A stretch of DNA of 64,000 nucleotides from assembly GCA_965644265.1 (NCBI GenBank), contig OZ286459.1:90706001-90770000 (forward strand), written 5' to 3'. This document shows, one piece after another, positions 54,301 through 60,300 of the stretch (position 1 is the first letter of the stretch; the number at the start of each line of letters is the position of its first letter). Origin of the DNA: Glycera tridactyla. Taxonomy: Eukaryota. Below the pieces are notes generated by a model. The model searched no databases and was not told the origin of the DNA. It was given only the letters and a program-made list of their open reading frames with translations. Made by a program: the position numbers and the translations under genes.

Positions 54301-57300
54301 TCAGGGGCTACAATGACATTGTTTTCCTGTTGAAGTGTTTTCTATGATTTCTATCAATCACGTTTGTACCAATTTTGACTAATGATGGAGAATGGAAAAA
54401 CTCGTATTTGATGGTATTGAATCATATTTCATCACGCCTGACAGATCAGTCACAACTGATCAGAGAGGTTAATGAGTTGGTATTACTCTTAGAACAGGAA
54501 TGCTAGTGACCAGAAAGACGTGGTGACTTGATGATGCAAGTCATGTACTTGAATATTGGGTATCATCAAAAGATTGATGGTAAATTTGAGAGTATGTGAT
54601 ACTATTGTCGTGTTTAGTTGGTATCAAGAAATCCATCTTTCATCCAATATCTTTGCAAAGTATTAATCCGGAACACATGCTCATCATATGAGATATAAGC
54701 ATGGAGATATGAATATTAACCAGAACATATCAAAGGCACAGAAGCATTGTCATTGCCCCATATCTTTGTATTCAATGAGGCCATTCCAATCATGAAAGAT
54801 ATAATGAACAAAAGTGTTCGAAATAACATGATGTATAGAAAATCTCATGGCAGTATGAACTATTTCAACCCCACATGGGGAAACCACCGAGAGATTCATT
54901 CATTTGATAAATCTGAGCCACATATTTCGTACTTGACCTTCCAAAGCATATCAAGGTATGCTAAATTATATTTCAAGTCTGATTGGTTGATCCAAATCAT
55001 TCTTGCAGCCATCAAAATACGAGTTAATTCAATAGCTGAAGCAGGTATTTGGCTATAATCATGATGATTGATCTGATCTTGATGAGAAATCGTAATATTG
55101 CCTCTCCCAATTGTCATCATGCAACGAATTCTGTATCTCATTCAACATTTTTACATAGTGGGGAGATGGAATGTTTGCTCACTAATGGGAAATCATCTCA
55201 CAAAGAAGTCCATTAGGAAATACATATCATTGACCCAATCGGCGTTGAGCTCAGCATTCTTAGGGTCACTGATGTCATTTTGTTTCTGAGATTATATAAA
55301 CAAACGACATCATCATTGTTGCAGTCCACCAGATATAGGAGAGTTTTTCATTACCTGTCACAGTCGTTTCTGTGTTCTGTTCATCTGTAAAATGAAAGCA
55401 AATGACAGTAATATAGTAGCCAGAATTTCGAGACTGGGTATTGCTTCAAAGTCACTGAGTATAGATCAATGATGGAAATTTCAGAAATGTTGGTGACCGA
55501 CAGAACTTACGTGAGTGTTGAGCTAGATCTTGGGTATTGATTCGATTCTCGTGGAAAATTTGTTGCTGAACAGTCAACCATGTGCCGTGATTCTGCCCCA
55601 TTCTAACAGCATGATATATTGTCCAGTACACTTGCTAATCTATCTGTATCCTATTTGATGGAATCCACAGTCTCCAAATAGACATACTTTACATTCCCCT
55701 TCTGCCTGAGCAGAATACAATAGGGTGCCCAATCATGATAGCCTTTGCAAACTATAAGATATTCACAGTCACGAGTCCCAACAGACAAATAGATATTTTA
55801 TTGCATCCTGTAATGCCACCTCGAGTGTGTGATTCCAATATCATTTGGAACTCAGTAGGAAACTTCTTGATCGATTCCACTGATGCACATTGCAGTATGT
55901 ACCGGACTGAGCTCATGGAATATGAACCGACCAATCAACAAACTCACCAAGTGATATCTGCCACTGGAGATAAGTATATTGAGACAGAATATGTATTCAT
56001 CATGGGATAAACCAACAAGCAGAAATGGCCAGTAACTAGTTCATGGCATTCGTACAAATGCCATCTTTCCACCCTTTTGTGGGTAGCGAGGTAATTTCAA
56101 AAGTAGGGTGACATGAACGAGTGAGTCTCAGTGTCAATTATGCACATAGCATGTTTTGAAGAAGATGGCCAGGCCAGGTAATACTTGCAGAAAGGTATAT
56201 GATGAAAATGTGATCAAATCCGGTAATGACGAAGAATCATGTTCTTCTGTGGTTGGCGTCAGGGCTCACCATGAGACTCATCATACACTTGGAAAGATCA
56301 TGATCCATGTTCAACACATCTATGAAATGGGTCTAGGATTTCCAGGACATGTTCTCATGAAGTAGACTAAAATATATGCAAGTATAGGAAATTTTACCAG
56401 TCCATCAATTACAAGATGCTTTTGATTGTTTCACCTCACACGGTTGTCTTTGCCATGATTCAGATATGGTGAGAGAGGTCCAGAAAAGCATATTGTTACA
56501 TGAATAATCATATCTGTCGACTGATATTCGAATGTTTGTGATTCATCTTTTGATAATGAAGAAATCTTCATAACAATAGAGTAGCATTGACTACAATCGC
56601 TGAGGTTGATAATAGGGTTGAATAGTGCATATTTGTTCCATTTTTACAATGATATTGATGGATGCTTATGCTCAACCCGTTGGTCACAAGCATGATGCAT
56701 GGATTCTGTGAATCATGCACTATTTCTGATACAGTAGTAATAGTGAATAAATTCTTATTGTAGAATGAATCAGCATACAGGGGTGTTGAGTAATAAGCAC
56801 AATTGCATACAGCATACAGATTTGACAAACGAGAAGTGCATGCATTGCATTGTTTTAAAAACTGTGGTCATTCTGCTTATAGAACAATATGAACGGATGA
56901 ATTGCAATTAGCATGATGTACGTTAAGAATTGATAAACTTAGTGAATGTCAGGATGAGGTATATAACAGATATCTGTCACTGTAACACATATTAGGTATG
57001 GTTCATATCCAGCATTGATATGGAGTGATGTCAACAGCACATGATCTATTTTTGCCAGTTCAGGTGCCTTGATGAGGCATTGGATGGTATTCGGATGGTA
57101 ATATGAGAATGGGAGATTGACACTTCTTCCTACTTTCATTGTCTGTCAAATATAGATTTCACAATATTACCTGTCACAGTCGATTCTGTGTTCAGTACGC
57201 CTATGAAATGAAATCAGATAACAATAATTTAGTACCCACAGTTGCAAAATGCCCACTCCTTGTCAGTAATGCCATAAGACGCTTGTTTCTAAATCCAGAG

Positions 57301-60300
57301 TAACAACACGGAAATGTCGGTGACACAAATCTTCAATGCAAATAAAGAGGGGGAACTTACTCACTCTCAGGTCCCTCAAAATTCAATATATTGATGGATG
57401 TAATGACAATGAGGTATGGGATTCATTCTCCCTTGAAGGTGTATACCCTTCACAGCGATTACATTGGCCAAATATAGTTACCAACATCCAAGTTATTACA
57501 TTTGTCACACAGAAGAGAAAGGAACGGCCACAAGAAGAAAGTTCCCTCTCATTACCCTCAATTGGTTTTCTCAATACCAGGTGTGATAATTGTGAACTTG
57601 TCATGAAATAGATAATTCCAATAGTCTTTGTCCGTATATCAGGATCTTCGACAGTGAAAACAAATTGGCAGGGATGGAATAAACATCGGACATCATTGAT
57701 GTACATCAACTCAGTATGAGAATCATTCCAGACTATGTCTGACCAGTCATGTCAATTTAGCCATCAAGTGATTTACCTGCAGTACTTGTCAATGAGTCTA
57801 TGAGAAGCAAAATCTATTGATGTCATGTCATCCTCTTGACACATCATTTGTATGCTTGGTTTTACCAAGTCAGAGTCAGTGACCTGTCTACTGCTTTTAG
57901 TATAATTCATATGCTATCAATCCCATTTCCAGCTAGATCTGGTTGCATGGTCAAGTGAGGATACTGAGAGTCATTGAAAGGCAATCGAGAGTGAGTAGAT
58001 TATCATAGCAAGACGGCCATGAAGTAATAACGCATTACCAAATGAGGCCCGCATTTCGCCAAATGTCACAAGGCCGAAGGGAATGCGTTATCACTTCACG
58101 GCCATTACGTCTTGCTTTTATCACATGAATTAGATGATAAAATGTGTTTTGGAGAGGATTTGACAACCGAAAAATTGCGAACTTCTCCAAGTACCTGGCG
58201 GAGAACAACGACAATGCGTAGTGATTCAAGGAGGCTCGTAAGTCGCATGTCTAGGAGGCTCGTAAGACATGACTGCAAAGGAATACACGTGACATTTTGC
58301 TGCCACAAAATCAGGATTTATCGCAAATATCGAGCATGTCAGCAGACGAATCATCGCCGAGAACAATCTCTGAACACTATGGGGTATGTTCATGTTACAT
58401 TTAGACACGTGTCATTCATGGAATTTGGGATGAAGTTGGTGATAACACTGCCATTCGCCACCTGTCATTTTTTCGCTCACAACAGATGCGTACGCGCACG
58501 CTCCTGTCAACGGCGAATACAGGGATTCACTGTTTAACGTTGATCAAACATCAATCAAGTTTTATTGGATTCAAATCCCCCGTTTATGATAAAGGTGGGC
58601 GTATTTCATACGGAGGCGGTGTTTGCTGGGCTGTATAGGGTTACCGGTCACTTCGCTCCCAATCAAACTCGCCCCCGACAAAGACGGCCCACCGGAGACC
58701 GCGCGGTGGCGATCGGCGCTGCACCAGAAGCGTTCAATATAACCGGTGATTATCGGGAAACTGTTGGGAATTCTCAGTTGATAATCCTAGCCATTATTTC
58801 CAAAAAGTACTCCTATCGATATCTGAAGTTATGGTGAATTTCATCGCTGGGAACATTGTTCAAATGGAGCTCAAAAATTTGGCATTCTGAGTACGGCCCT
58901 ATCAGCCTATAGAGACCACAAGGTGACAATCAGCCTAAGTAAGGAATATTAGGCGAAGGATTGTAAGTCTGCAGCTCTTGCCTGTCCATATTCTTATAAA
59001 TGCCACACTGAGAGTCATCGGAAGGCAATCGAGAGTAAGTAGATTATAGGGCAAGTATGGTAGATATATAATTGTCATTGATGCAATCGGTAAAGTGTGA
59101 AAGGGTATTTGTTTTATAATTCACCGCATTCACATTCATTACAGTCTGTCAAGTATAGAATTTGTCAGATTACCTGTCACAGTCGATCCCGTGTTCAGTT
59201 CATCTGTAAAATGGAAATGAATAAAAGAAATATACCAAGAGTTTCAACATGCAAAATTGAAGAACTCCATCCTCACATTCTATCTGAGCAGAATACAGGT
59301 CCCTCAGATCCAATATAGTCGGACTCTATCACCTCTCTATGACGGCTACCCTGACCTGCGATTGTGGTAGTAATTTCAACAGTGAATGACCTCTATAAAG
59401 ACCGCCTCCTAAAAAGGCCATTCTTTATTTGATGGGAGGCGGTCTTCATGGAGAGGTTCGACTGTATTTGGATGGCTCGAATGGCATTAAGGTATAGGAT
59501 TCGTTCTTACTTGAAGGGGATGAGATTTGATCCGATAATGTTATTTGTTTTCGTCACGATATACAGGTATATCGTGTCACAGTAGTCAAAGGAGGGTGTG
59601 ACTTAAGAAAAGTATAGCATTTTTGCTGTCCTTTGGTCAGTAAGCGGCTGAAGTCTGCTCAGAAATTTTACTTTGGAAATGTTTTTTTCTGACGGATATA
59701 TCTGGCATGTCCTTTGAAAGTGAGCTTCTTATTTTGCCAGTCCTTGAAGTTTGAGCAGTTTTCCTCGTACGAGTTCTCAAAACCAGGCCCAAGGGACAGA
59801 ATGAAAAATTGACTAGATGATACCAAGCTCTTCCTCTAATTACCTGACATGATGGAAAATGAGTCTCATATACGTAGTAGCGAGATTTTTCTTGACCCTA
59901 TCAAGCAATATGGACATTGAGTCAGAGTCTGTATTATATTTTTGCGAGGTTGATTTGTTTGCAGCGTGTTTGAAATTGGATTGACAGTCATTTTCGTGAA
60001 TTTTGTGAATTGTGATTTACTCTACTTAATATTTATCAATACAATGTGTGAGCCTATCGTAACTTCCGATCAGTCAGTTTTGGTCCCTTTGTAATTGAAT
60101 AGTATTATTCTTCCTCCTACTGCTATACCTATCAATATCAATTTTATATCCACAACAATAAGCAAGTATCCAATATCACATATTCCATATTACTAGTCAC
60201 TCCTCATGCCTGGCCATAACTTCCACTACTACTACTACCACGTCAATCACCATCTCCATAACTACCTACCTGTATAGATTTTTCTTGTATATATTATCTT

